Below are positions 19,622 to 29,005 of a DNA stretch of 64,000 nucleotides, piece after piece (positions within the stretch are counted from its first letter, which is position 1; every line of letters starts with the position of its first letter). The notes under the pieces are model-generated. The model was given only the letters and a program-made list of their open reading frames with translations. It made no database searches and had not been told where the DNA came from. The position numbers and the translations under genes were made by a program. The DNA comes from a virus. The DNA lies in IMG/VR virus record IMGVR_UViG_3300048883_000431, positions 48,230 through 112,229 of that record; one strand, 5' to 3'.

Positions 19622-20197
19622 CTACATGTAGACGAACGCTAGTCCGGGGGCACGGGTGTCGGCCCAGACGACTCGGAATCGACCGGCGGACTCGATGTCG
19701 GATACCACACCACGAACGTCCGCCGACACGGAGTCGTGTATGGCGACCATCCCGCCAGACCTAACCATGGGGGAGTAGTGGTTCCAGTCGCTGGTGCAGC
19801 CCCCGACGGTATGATCCCCGTCTATGAACAGTAGATCGACCCCGGAGGCGTAGGCGTCAAGTATCGTCGACACCGAGTCCACCGAGGGCATATCCCGAGA
19901 GCTCCCCACAATGTGGTGGTAGGCAAACCCCTCCTGGGAGGCGAAGTCGGACACGGCACGTCGGTGGTGGTCCATATCGGGCTGGTGGAGATCGACGGAT
20001 ATGAGGAGGTCGGGCCGGGTGAGTGCCAGGAGGGCGGTTGTTCCGAACCTGAAGGTCCCGATCTCAAGTATCGTGCGGGCCTTGCCCATGTGAGCCGCCG
20101 CCGCCGAGAGTATGAGTTGCCTCTCGTGCTCGGGGGTGTTGCTTTCGTGCATCGCTAGGTGGGTCATAAGTCGCACACTCATCAAGCAGTACCCCAT
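19622..20197 (-). CDS. class I SAM methyltransferase (Methyltransf_24-like)
   Basis: ILEIGT, DLLFIDGDH and GGMVAIHD motifs. Confidence 0.85.
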   Translation of the reverse strand: MGYCLMSVRLMTHLAMHESNTPEHERQLILSAAAAHMGKARTILEIGTFRFGTTALLALTRPDLLISVDLHQPDMDHHRRAVSDFASQEGFAYHHIVGSSRDMPSVDSVSTILDAYASGVDLLFIDGDHTVGGCTSDWNHYSPMVRSGGMVAIHDSVSADVRGVVSDIESAGRFRVVWADTRAPGLAFVYM

Positions 20198-21099
20198 CCT
20201 GATAGAGCGTCGTTAAGCTGCTGGTCAACCACGCCGTGGGAGAAATACCTGACCGCCGCGCGCCGGGCGCTCGCCCCACGCTCCGCAAGCCAGTCCATAT
20301 CTCGGGGTGTTGGGGAGGTTATCCGGGCTAGGCCGGACGAGCTGTGCATCCCGGACGAGCTGAACTCTGTCCTGTCTTGGGGAACAGTCCTGAACCGAGG
20401 GAGCCCCACGTCCCCGGACCCCAGGTAATCGGACACGTTGTACCGACACTGGGGGGAACTCTTGTGGTGCTGGTGGTTGGGAAGGGAAAGAGGCATCCCC
20501 ACCATAGCGGCCTCGACGACGCGCGGGGTGTAGTGCGTGCGTGGGTCACCGCAGTCATAGTACAGTCGGTGGGATCGCATAGCGGACAGTCGGGACCCAG
20601 GGGAGACATCGTTGCACGCCGCCTTTGCCCCCATGTCGACCGCCGCTTCTCCCATGACCGTGCTCTGCTGTGCGTTCCTGCCTGAGTTGAGTCCGTTTCT
20701 TGTGTGCGTGGACACCGGGTCGTTGGCGTGGGGGGTGTCCATGTAGTAGAGAACTGACTGGAACTTACCGTCCCACCCGACCCACCAGGAGGGGTCCACC
20801 CCGTACCGCACGAGGGACCCCCACCCAAGCTGCTCCACCATGGAGTCCTCGTACAGGAGCAGCAGCCCACCGCAGTTGGACAGTGCTTCGATTTCGGGAA
20901 GTCCGTCCGTTGGGATAGCTTTGTCCAGGTGGAGGATGGTGGGTCCGTCGTGCATCATCGCGGCGGCTACGGTCGGGTCGTTGGTGTAGGACACATCCGT
21001 ATCACCACCCCCCGTGGACGTCCCGTGCCCCAGACGCTCGAACGCCTGACGCGTCGCCCGCCCCACGTCTGATATGCCCGTTCCGAATCTAACCCTCAC
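20182..21099 (-). CDS. GT-B (GT4-like) glycosyltransferase, paralogue of 18537-19613
   Basis: YGVDPSWWVGWDG and VEAAMVGMP match the paralogue; GTG start with GGAGG RBS. Confidence 0.6.
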   Translation of the reverse strand: MRVRFGTGISDVGRATRQAFERLGHGTSTGGGDTDVSYTNDPTVAAAMMHDGPTILHLDKAIPTDGLPEIEALSNCGGLLLLYEDSMVEQLGWGSLVRYGVDPSWWVGWDGKFQSVLYYMDTPHANDPVSTHTRNGLNSGRNAQQSTVMGEAAVDMGAKAACNDVSPGSRLSAMRSHRLYYDCGDPRTHYTPRVVEAAMVGMPLSLPNHQHHKSSPQCRYNVSDYLGSGDVGLPRFRTVPQDRTEFSSSGMHSSSGLARITSPTPRDMDWLAERGASARRAAVRYFSHGVVDQQLNDALSGWGTA

Positions 21100-21721
21100 T
21101 CGACGCCTCCTTGATGACCACCCCGTACCCGGTCTGGTTTGGGGGGACGTGCTTCTCCAGTCTGTAGGGGTGGTCCGACGCCACCAGCTCTTCCCAGAAT
21201 ATGGACACGTTTGGCTCGCCGTATGCGTTGGGTGGCTCGCCCCCGGTCTCCACGTCGTGGATGAAGATGACCGCTCTGTCCGCCGACAGCGCTGCGTAAT
21301 CCGCAAAGTCCCGCCTCACACCGTGCAGGCTGTGGTCCCCGTCTACCACAACCGCGTCGGGGGCGTGGCCTACCGCGCTGATTATGGACCGAAGCATGAG
21401 CTTGACTTCCCCGTGGTGTGAGTCCCCCTCCAGGGGGTAGTAGTCGACCCCGAGACGGTCGCACACCTTGTGCATCTTTGAGTATACCATACCGCGAGAC
21501 AGTCCGGGTAGGTCAATCGAGACGAAAACCTCCGGCTGCATCTTCACGAGACGGTAGGCTAGCCCGCACATGCGGGTCCCTATCTCCAGTATAAACCTGG
21601 GGGTCCCCCCAAGCTCTCGGGACGTGACCCTCTCGAAAATTTCCAACTCGGCTTGACTTGTGGCCTGGTGCTCCTCCGAGGCCCATCGCAGCAGAGGAGG
21701 ATCGTTCGCATCGTCACGCAT
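21089..21721 (-). CDS. class I SAM methyltransferase (Methyltransf_24-like)
   Basis: ILEIGT, VVDGDHS and IFIHD motifs. Confidence 0.85.
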   Translation of the reverse strand: MRDDANDPPLLRWASEEHQATSQAELEIFERVTSRELGGTPRFILEIGTRMCGLAYRLVKMQPEVFVSIDLPGLSRGMVYSKMHKVCDRLGVDYYPLEGDSHHGEVKLMLRSIISAVGHAPDAVVVDGDHSLHGVRRDFADYAALSADRAVIFIHDVETGGEPPNAYGEPNVSIFWEELVASDHPYRLEKHVPPNQTGYGVVIKEASSEG

Positions 21722-22418
21722 GTGGCTCCCCCTCCAGGGTGTACCCGAACTCCTCTATCTCATGGACGCACGCGCGTGCCACCACGTGTACGTCGGCCCG
21801 CGACAGAACCTCGTTGGGGGGCCGAGCGTCCATCCGAACTCCCCCGCCGATGTGGGGTACCCCCACGGTGAGTCCAAGCCCAAGCCTGTCACTCAGACGC
21901 CCCAGCTCGCCGTGTAGGTCCTCGTACCGCATCACGTGGTCCACCAGTATCGTATTGTCCCACGTGTACATGCTCCAGTTTGACTCCCGCCCGAGGAAGA
22001 GTCCCCCCTGGATTGCCTCGGACAGGGTTGGGTCGCCGGTTACGCCGGGGTTCCCGTCCCACCCCATGCCGCGCTCATGGTAATACTGTGAGACGATCCT
22101 GTCCCAGGGATTGCGCTCCGTGCAGAACGTGTAGTAGTCACGCCACTCCCGTGGGAAGACGTCCCGTATTTTGACGGCCGTCATGTGGGGCGGCCACAGC
22201 ACGTCGGCGTGTGTCCAGGGCCTACTGGACGGAAACAGTGGCCCAAAGCAGTTCTGCGGGCCGCGCGGGCCGTCCTCACTTCCCCTGCCGTCCCCCAGAG
22301 CTAGTGGGGTGATGATGTCCTCGTCCCCGCATACCGAGGATAGTGCCCACTCGATGCTACTTCCCGCCACCTTAGCGCACTTCACGTATATAAATCTGTG
22401 TCTGTGGGAGATTATCAC
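21714..22418 (-). CDS. sulfotransferase family 2 protein (copy 1)
   Basis: FIYVKCAKVAGSS (5'-PSB), RNPWDRIVS.Y (3'-PB), MRYEDL. Confidence 0.85.
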   Translation of the reverse strand: MIISHRHRFIYVKCAKVAGSSIEWALSSVCGDEDIITPLALGDGRGSEDGPRGPQNCFGPLFPSSRPWTHADVLWPPHMTAVKIRDVFPREWRDYYTFCTERNPWDRIVSQYYHERGMGWDGNPGVTGDPTLSEAIQGGLFLGRESNWSMYTWDNTILVDHVMRYEDLHGELGRLSDRLGLGLTVGVPHIGGGVRMDARPPNEVLSRADVHVVARACVHEIEEFGYTLEGEPHA

Positions 22419-23116
22419 TGGGCAATCCCATCGTGGAGCGTGTAGCCGAACTCCCGGATTATGGAGGCGGAGTCTTTGGCGATGATCTCGGCCTGTTTAG
22501 AGGTAAGGACCAGTGACGGGTGCCTCCTGTCACGTCGGAACTCCGCATGGAGCCTCGGGAGTACCGGGACCGGCACCCCCAGCCTACCGCAGAAGTCCCG
22601 AAGCTCCGCATCGTAGTTCTCGTACCGCATCACGTGGTCCACTATGATGTTGTCGTCCGAGTCCGTGTAGAATCTCCTGTTGGTGACCTGCACACCGAGT
22701 AGCCCCTGGTCTAGGCACTCCGAGAGGGTGGGTCGGTCGACGTCGTCGCCCGTGAACTTCTTGGAGTAGTATGCCTCGTAGTAGTGCGAGATGATTCGGT
22801 CCCACGGGTTGCGCTCCGTGACGAACGTGTAGTAGTCCTCCCATTCCTTGGGAAACTCCGCCATGATCGCGGAGGGCTCCGTGTGGGCGACCCACCTGGT
22901 GTCCGCCCTGGTGGGCGGGCGGTTCGGGGGGTACAGGGGGTAGTAGCAGTTCTGCGCACCACGGTTTCCCTCGACCTCCCACCGTGGGTCCGGGTACCCG
23001 TACGGGGTGACGATGTCGTCGGGACCGCACAGTGACGAGAGTCCGAATTCGAGGCTCGTTGCGCCGACATTGACGCACTTGACATGGATGAAGCGGTGCT
23101 TGTGGGAAATTATCAA
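22415..23116 (-). CDS. sulfotransferase family 2 protein (copy 2, PSB Lys replaced by Asn)
   Basis: KCVNVGATS; RNPWDRIIS; near-identical DNA to copy 3. Confidence 0.8.
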   Translation of the reverse strand: MIISHKHRFIHVKCVNVGATSLEFGLSSLCGPDDIVTPYGYPDPRWEVEGNRGAQNCYYPLYPPNRPPTRADTRWVAHTEPSAIMAEFPKEWEDYYTFVTERNPWDRIISHYYEAYYSKKFTGDDVDRPTLSECLDQGLLGVQVTNRRFYTDSDDNIIVDHVMRYENYDAELRDFCGRLGVPVPVLPRLHAEFRRDRRHPSLVLTSKQAEIIAKDSASIIREFGYTLHDGIAQ

Positions 23117-23784
23117 CGGGCAACCCCGTCGTGTAGTGTGTAGCCGAACTCACGTATGATGCTCGCGCTGTCCCGGGACACAATGTCTGCGTCAGCCTGT
23201 GTGAGAACCTCGGAGGGGTGCCGCCTGTCGCGTCTGAACTTCGCGTGCAGCCTCGGCAACGTCGGTACCTCGACCCCCAGCCGGTCGCACAGCGCTGCCA
23301 GCTCCGCATCGTAGTTCTCGTACCGCATCACGTGGTCCACTATGATGTTGTCGTCCGAGTCCGTGTAGAATCTCCTGTTGGTGACCCGCACACCGAGTAG
23401 CCCCTGGTCTAGGCACTCCGAGAGGGTGGGTCGGTCGACGTCGTCGTGGTGCTGGTAGTATGCCCCGTAGTAGTGCGAGATGATGCGGTCCCACGGGTTG
23501 CGCTCCGTGACGAACGTGTAGTAGTCCTCCCATTCCTTGGGAAACTCCGCCATGATCTCGGGGGGCTCCGTGTGGGGGACCCACCTGGTGTCCGCCCTGG
23601 TGGGCGGGCGGTTCGGGGGGTACAGGGGGTAGTAGCAGTTCTGCGCACGGTTTCCCCCGACCTCCCACCGTGGGGTGATGATGTCGTCGGGACCGCACAG
23701 TGACGAGAGTCCGAATTCGAGGCTCGTTGCACCGACCTTGGCACACTTGACGTGGATGAACCGATGCTTGTGGGATATAATCAC
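23113..23784 (-). CDS. sulfotransferase family 2 protein (copy 3)
   Basis: KCAKVGATS; RNPWDRIIS; GTG start overlaps the upstream stop. Confidence 0.85.
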   Translation of the reverse strand: MIISHKHRFIHVKCAKVGATSLEFGLSSLCGPDDIITPRWEVGGNRAQNCYYPLYPPNRPPTRADTRWVPHTEPPEIMAEFPKEWEDYYTFVTERNPWDRIISHYYGAYYQHHDDVDRPTLSECLDQGLLGVRVTNRRFYTDSDDNIIVDHVMRYENYDAELAALCDRLGVEVPTLPRLHAKFRRDRRHPSEVLTQADADIVSRDSASIIREFGYTLHDGVAR

Positions 23785-24827
23785 TCCGCGTGCTCCTTGA
23801 ACGGGATGATCAGACTGCGGGAGTCCCTTGTATCCCTCGGTCCCTCGCCCAGCGGCGCGGCAAGGACCCAAGACAGGATGTCATCGTCGGAGACCAGCCT
23901 ATCGGTGCAGTGGAGGTTCAGGGAATCGTCGTGCTGTAGGGTGAGGAAGTTCAGGAGTCCCTCACGCCCCTCGGCAGTGTCGGGGTAACCGTTCCTGGCG
24001 ACCGCGAGAGTCACGTTGTTGCGGTCCCACAGGGTACACCCCAGGTGGGTCCACGTCTCGGCACTGACCCGAACGTCGGCGGCGTCGAGGGCGGCAATCG
24101 CCCTGAATATGTCGTTCTTCTGGTCGACGTGGGTCACCAGCCCCGGGTGGAGGGCCCCCGCAGCCCTTGCCGCGACCGTCCGCGCGTAATACTGTGGGTC
24201 GCTCAAGTCCATCACTCCGCCCCCCAGCCACACGACGGCCCACCCTGCCCCGAGGAGTCCCTCCGTGATGTCCAGCCACGCGTGCCCGTCAAGGTGTGTG
24301 CGTCCGAAGGGGGCAAGGACGGCGAGGGGGCGTCCGCAAGCCCACGACTGGAACTCGCGGACGTACCCTTCGTACTCCGAAGGGACGTGCAGTCCGGTGT
24401 GGGCATAGGGGACCACCACACGCCTTGAATCCCTAAGACGTCGGTTCCACGCGCGCAGGGCATACGGAACCACGGTCAGGGGGTCGTCCGTCCCTGACGG
24501 CGGGGCGAAGTCGTCGGGCATTCCGAGTGACTTGACCACCATGCCAGCCTCGGAGGGGTCGATGCAGACAACATGACTGAGTCTGGGGTCGCATGACAGT
24601 AGCCTCTCGCTGGCCTTCCGGCGTGTTCGACCAGAAACGGACTCGTCGTACACGAGAACCACGCCCGCCTCCACGTCGCACACCCTTGCGACGTCCAGGA
24701 GATCGGGCACACGCCTAACGATGAACCGTATGACGTCCCCGATCCCGGTACCCGGGTAATCCCATAGGACGCCCGAAGGGAGACTCTTGGGGGAGCGGGA
24801 GACTGCGGGCCCCATGCTAGGCTCCAA
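23781..24827 (-). CDS. divergent GT9-like glycosyltransferase
   Basis: GIGDVIR, LAPFGR; paralogous to the next ORF. Confidence 0.5.
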   Translation of the reverse strand: MEPSMGPAVSRSPKSLPSGVLWDYPGTGIGDVIRFIVRRVPDLLDVARVCDVEAGVVLVYDESVSGRTRRKASERLLSCDPRLSHVVCIDPSEAGMVVKSLGMPDDFAPPSGTDDPLTVVPYALRAWNRRLRDSRRVVVPYAHTGLHVPSEYEGYVREFQSWACGRPLAVLAPFGRTHLDGHAWLDITEGLLGAGWAVVWLGGGVMDLSDPQYYARTVAARAAGALHPGLVTHVDQKNDIFRAIAALDAADVRVSAETWTHLGCTLWDRNNVTLAVARNGYPDTAEGREGLLNFLTLQHDDSLNLHCTDRLVSDDDILSWVLAAPLGEGPRDTRDSRSLIIPFKEHAE

Positions 24828-25788
24828 GGAGTAGGGAGGTTCGCCCGGAATCGGTCTCGGGCACCCCGGTGCACCACCGAACCAAGTCGCATGGGGTCGG
24901 TAGATGGCGGACGAACACCCGGTTACTGGCGATTCCGTCCTGGTGAATGAGATCGGAGATTCCCCTATTGGACGGAGTGTACTCCCCCGAGGGGGCGCGG
25001 CAAAGATCGCCGACGAGGAAGAAGTGGCGGTCCCACAGGGTGAGGACGGTTAAGGACCATGTAACCGTGGACATCCCCGCCCTGCACAGGTCAGCGGCGG
25101 CTACGACCCTGAATATACTCCCCGCGTCTTGGCGCAGACGTGAAACGCTCCCGGGGAAGTCCTCGTGGAGCTTCCTTACCATGGGCTCCGCCGGTATGCG
25201 GATCGCACCCGGGTGTCCCTTCTGCCGAACTCGGTCGAACTCCCCCCCACCGGATATGATAAGGGCCCACCCAAGCCGGAGGAGCCTCCTTGCGGCTTTG
25301 TCTAGAAACCCCACATCGTAGTCCCCCCTACCGAACGGGCACATGAGAAGCGAGGGGGCCCGATCCACCAGAAGGCGCATCTCCTGAACATAGTCCCCGT
25401 AGTTGGGGGGCGCGTACAGCCCTTGGGGTACCGTGCAAATAGGAGCTTGAGCTACGGCGTCGGCCTTGTCCCGATGCTCCAGATCAAGTATGGTCGGGGT
25501 GGGGGTCCCCCCAAGGTGGTCGGCGAGTTCCTTTCTGTCCGCCATTATCATACGGTCGATGCGCGGGTCGTGCTCAAGTGCTTCGAGGATGCCCCTTCGC
25601 CGCATTGCCCCAGCAGGGGCCCGTCCCTGGGACAGAACTACTGTGTTGGGCACGCCCAGTGACTTGGCGAGAGATGACTTGAGGTGCGCCTCCGCGACGG
25701 TATTTCGGAGGGCGTCCCCGATGCCCGCCGGGAACACCGAGATGACCTGATCCTCCCCGAGCAGCGAGAGGTCCTGTGTTACGTCCAT
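24817..25788 (-). CDS. divergent GT9-like glycosyltransferase
   Basis: GIGDALR, CPFGR, IFRVVAA, TLWDR shared with the neighbour. Confidence 0.5.
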   Translation of the reverse strand: MDVTQDLSLLGEDQVISVFPAGIGDALRNTVAEAHLKSSLAKSLGVPNTVVLSQGRAPAGAMRRRGILEALEHDPRIDRMIMADRKELADHLGGTPTPTILDLEHRDKADAVAQAPICTVPQGLYAPPNYGDYVQEMRLLVDRAPSLLMCPFGRGDYDVGFLDKAARRLLRLGWALIISGGGEFDRVRQKGHPGAIRIPAEPMVRKLHEDFPGSVSRLRQDAGSIFRVVAAADLCRAGMSTVTWSLTVLTLWDRHFFLVGDLCRAPSGEYTPSNRGISDLIHQDGIASNRVFVRHLPTPCDLVRWCTGVPETDSGRTSLLLGA

Positions 25789-25794
25789 CCCCCG

Positions 25795-26379
25795 TCACTC
25801 CTCCAGCATCCTCTGTAACAGTTCGACTGAGGCGTCGTGCATCCGCTTCACGGAGGCATAGGAGAGTCCGAGGCGTCGGCTTGCGCCCCGTATGGTCTCG
25901 CCCTCCAAGTATACCATATTCAGGATGTCGGGGTAAGGGTAACATATGCGCTCGGACACCGCAACGAAGTCACGCGCCTCCGCGTCCGCTTCGGCCTCCG
26001 GGGCTACGAACATGCCGGAGGTGTCGATAGCGTCCGTCGAGACGTACTCGTGGATCGGGTTGTCCGTGAGAACACGGTGCCACGACACCGCGACGTTGCC
26101 GTTCTTGTGCTTGGCGATGCAGCGGATCATCCCGAGGTAGATAGCACGTCCGGCGTAGGTGGAGAACTTGGCGCGCTCCGGGTCGTAGCTCTGTGTGGCC
26201 CGCGCGAGGGCCTCGTACCCGGACTGCTCAACGTCTTCGTAGAACTCGGAGAAGGCAAGGGAGTACCCTCCACCGTCGAACTTGGGGCGTATCTTGCCTA
26301 GAATGTGGGGGACAAGTTTCATGTTGTCCTCCACCACCTGGCGCTGACCGTCCGTTAGTGGCACAACTGGTTTAGCCAT
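25795..26379 (-). CDS. short sigma70-family RNA polymerase sigma factor (regions 2 and 4)
   Basis: DVEQSGYEALARATQSYDPERAKFSTYA; C-terminal HTH TIRGASRRLGLS. Confidence 0.8.
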   Translation of the reverse strand: MAKPVVPLTDGQRQVVEDNMKLVPHILGKIRPKFDGGGYSLAFSEFYEDVEQSGYEALARATQSYDPERAKFSTYAGRAIYLGMIRCIAKHKNGNVAVSWHRVLTDNPIHEYVSTDAIDTSGMFVAPEAEADAEARDFVAVSERICYPYPDILNMVYLEGETIRGASRRLGLSYASVKRMHDASVELLQRMLEE

Positions 26380-26568
26380 GAGTCGATCCTCCGTCTATTG
26401 ATAGGAGGGACCGACGCGGGGACATGCTGTCCACGCCCAAGGCCCACTCCGTTATGCTATCGACACTGCCTCCCCCTTCAAGGAAGTAGAGATTCCGTCC
26501 GTGGTCCGTAAGGAGCTGGGGGTCGAGGAGCGCATCGGGGTTGTTGGTGATAGGGATGCTGTGCGGCA

Positions 26569-27819
26569 TTAGAACAACATGTCGTCGCCCTCTGGTTGTC
26601 GCTTCGCCTTCTTGAATCCGAAGGGGGCCTCGTCGTGGCCCATCTGCCTGGACGCGAGTGTGTGTGTCCACATTGCGTCGAGCCTTGACTCGGCGATGGC
26701 GCGGAAGTCGGGGCTTAACTCCACGCCTACGAAGTTGAAGTTGGTCGCGATGGCAGCCATTCCGGTGCTCCCCGACCCCATGAACCCATCGAGAACCATG
26801 CCCCCCTTTGGGGTCACGAGCTTGATGAGATACCGCATCAGTGCCAGCGGTTTGCAGGTGGGGTGGTCGTTCTTCACCGCTGTCTTGGCGTCACCCCCGC
26901 CACCGTAGCCCTTATTATACACCTCAACGCGTGCCTTAGTCGAGAGACCCTCGCAGCCGAAGTCCTTCTCCCCCCTGGAAGGCTTGTCAACGTACGCAAA
27001 GCGAAGGGTCTCCAAGTCGAAGATTTCCTCCGACTCGAAGACCCTGTAGAACGGGGTCACCTCCTGCTCTGCTTGTGCTTCCATCAGCAAAGCTGTCGTT
27101 CGATCCATTATAGCATTTTGCGGGTAGCGTCCGCCGGGGTGGGGCGACCAGTAGTAGCCGAACTCCTCGTCGGACTGCATCTGATCCTTGGGTGTCTCGC
27201 CTTCCGCATACTGCACGCGCGCGGACCCGGCGTTGATCGCCCCGGTTCTCCACTTGATGATGTTCGCTGCGATGGTCGGCTCACTGATGGGCTTCTGTGC
27301 CAGGATGATGGGCTCGTAGGCCGGGCGGAGCGTGGTGTTCCAGTCGTCATACTCCTCCGCGAGCTCCGTGTTGGGCGTGTCGTAAGCGAACTGCCCATAC
27401 CCACGCTCGTTGACGATGTCCGTCCCCTTGGCGGTGATGACCCGTCCCTTGCGGTCGTTCACGCGTGGCTTACCCAACGCCTTGTCGATGTCACGGGCAA
27501 CAGCGCGTCCCGTGTTGATCGCGTTGGCGTACATCCACATGAGGGTGTCCTTGATGACGAACCCTGCGTCCTCCATCGCCACCTTCACCCGGTGCACAGT
27601 CTTGGGGTGACCGAATACGACTGCGTGACCGCCCGGCTTCAGCACACGGAAGTGCTCGCGCCACATGTCCACGTCGTAGGCGATGCCGGACGCGTCCCAC
27701 TTGTTGCCCGCAAGAAACAGCTCGTAGGGCGGGTCGGTACAGATGGAGTCGATCTTGTTGTCACCGAACGGGAGCTCCTGGCAGCTCTGATTCCATGTCC
27801 TGTATGGCCTGTCTGGCAT
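26569..27819 (-). CDS. DNA methyltransferase (N6/N4, beta class)
   Basis: TDPPY, HPTCKP, VLDGFMGSGSTG. Confidence 0.9.
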   Translation of the reverse strand: MPDRPYRTWNQSCQELPFGDNKIDSICTDPPYELFLAGNKWDASGIAYDVDMWREHFRVLKPGGHAVVFGHPKTVHRVKVAMEDAGFVIKDTLMWMYANAINTGRAVARDIDKALGKPRVNDRKGRVITAKGTDIVNERGYGQFAYDTPNTELAEEYDDWNTTLRPAYEPIILAQKPISEPTIAANIIKWRTGAINAGSARVQYAEGETPKDQMQSDEEFGYYWSPHPGGRYPQNAIMDRTTALLMEAQAEQEVTPFYRVFESEEIFDLETLRFAYVDKPSRGEKDFGCEGLSTKARVEVYNKGYGGGGDAKTAVKNDHPTCKPLALMRYLIKLVTPKGGMVLDGFMGSGSTGMAAIATNFNFVGVELSPDFRAIAESRLDAMWTHTLASRQMGHDEAPFGFKKAKRQPEGDDMLF

Positions 27820-28318
27820 CGTCGATCTTCCCTTCCCCCGTGAGGACGCACGCCTCGGCTAGCGTAATCATCGCGCTGCGGGGGTCGATGAACCCACGGT
27901 GCTGCGCGAGCTCGGTCAGTGTCTTGTCGATGGTCCGTGGTTCCCACGTCCTGTCGAGCATGACGAGGTAGGTGGCGACCACGATGGGCGACCGGCTTAC
28001 CCCTGCGTGACAATGCACGAGCACCCGACCGCCCCGCTTACACAGGAGCTGGTCGAGGATCATCGACGCGCGTGCCAGGTCGTAGACGTGGTTGCCCGGC
28101 CCGTCGATTAGTCGGGAAGCCCCGTAGAGAATCCTCACGGTGGGACGTCTGTAGAAGCAGTCGTTCGCAACATTCAGGACGGCCTCGATCCCACAGTTGA
28201 ACAGCGCCCCAACGGTAATCGCTGAGGCGCTGTTGCCAATGGCAATCCTGTCCGTCACAAAGTCGAAGTTACCGGATGCCGACGCTGGTAGACTCGACGA
28301 TGTGGACTCCATCTCCAT
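27761..28318 (-). CDS. dual-specificity protein phosphatase (start uncertain)
   Basis: VLVHCHAGVSRS P-loop and LIDGPGN acid loop. Confidence 0.85.
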   Translation of the reverse strand: MEMESTSSSLPASASGNFDFVTDRIAIGNSASAITVGALFNCGIEAVLNVANDCFYRRPTVRILYGASRLIDGPGNHVYDLARASMILDQLLCKRGGRVLVHCHAGVSRSPIVVATYLVMLDRTWEPRTIDKTLTELAQHRGFIDPRSAMITLAEACVLTGEGKIDDARQAIQDMESELPGAPVR

Positions 28319-28799
28319 CGAACTCCCCTGCTTCGACAGCCTTCTTGAGCGCGGACTTGTCGATAGACTCCGTGGTCTTGATGAACTCGTCGGGTATCTC
28401 GGCGTACGCGTCCACCTCCAGCCGCTTCGACCGCCGCAGGAACACCGTCCCGACGTTGGTCTTCACGCTGTTGATGCTAGCCAGTTCGAGGTTGTAGGCA
28501 ACGTAGTCGTTCAGCCTGGTCGCCTCGTTCTTGCGCGCCGCCGCCGCCTTCTTCAGGCGGGCGATCTCCCCCTCGAACACACCAGCCTCTGCCAGCATGG
28601 TGTCCGCGTCCATCTCCAGGTTGCGGCGCGCGCGCATACACGCCTCAACCTTCCGGGTGATCTCGGCCTTGGTCGTCCCGAGGATGTCGGCAGCCACGCC
28701 GAGCTCCTCCATGGACAGCTCACCTGTCTGGACACCGGCCACCATCGCACGGTAGTCTTCGGAGATCTCGTAGAGCTTGCGCTGCTCCTCCGCCATCAC
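28269..28799 (-). CDS. siphovirus Gp157-family protein
   Basis: KLYEISEDY, coiled coil, IPDEF...IDKSALKKA...G pattern; next to Bet. Confidence 0.8.
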   Translation of the reverse strand: MMAEEQRKLYEISEDYRAMVAGVQTGELSMEELGVAADILGTTKAEITRKVEACMRARRNLEMDADTMLAEAGVFEGEIARLKKAAAARKNEATRLNDYVAYNLELASINSVKTNVGTVFLRRSKRLEVDAYAEIPDEFIKTTESIDKSALKKAVEAGEFDGDGVHIVESTSVGIR

Positions 28800-28996
28800 A
28801 GGTCCTCCAGGACATCGGCCACCACGTCGAGGGCGGCGTCGATGATGTTGTCGAAGAGCTTCTGCTCCTGCTCCTCGTCGAGACCGGGGACGTCAATCCT
28901 CTCGTTGAGCGCCTTCGCGAGCTTATCATCAATATCGGACAGGACAAGCTCGATGATCCTGGACTTGAGTATCACGCGTGCGAACCACCTAAGCAT
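28796..28996 (-). CDS. small acidic hypothetical protein
   Basis: Coupled ORF with GGAG RBS. Confidence 0.6.
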   Translation of the reverse strand: MLRWFARVILKSRIIELVLSDIDDKLAKALNERIDVPGLDEEQEQKLFDNIIDAALDVVADVLEDL

Positions 28997-29005
28997 GCAG
29001 GTCTC

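Noticed and set aside
22415-23784. Diversity-generating retroelement TR/VR pair
   Set aside because: It is a whole-gene duplication with indels, the differences do not appear restricted to adenines, and no reverse transcriptase is in the window
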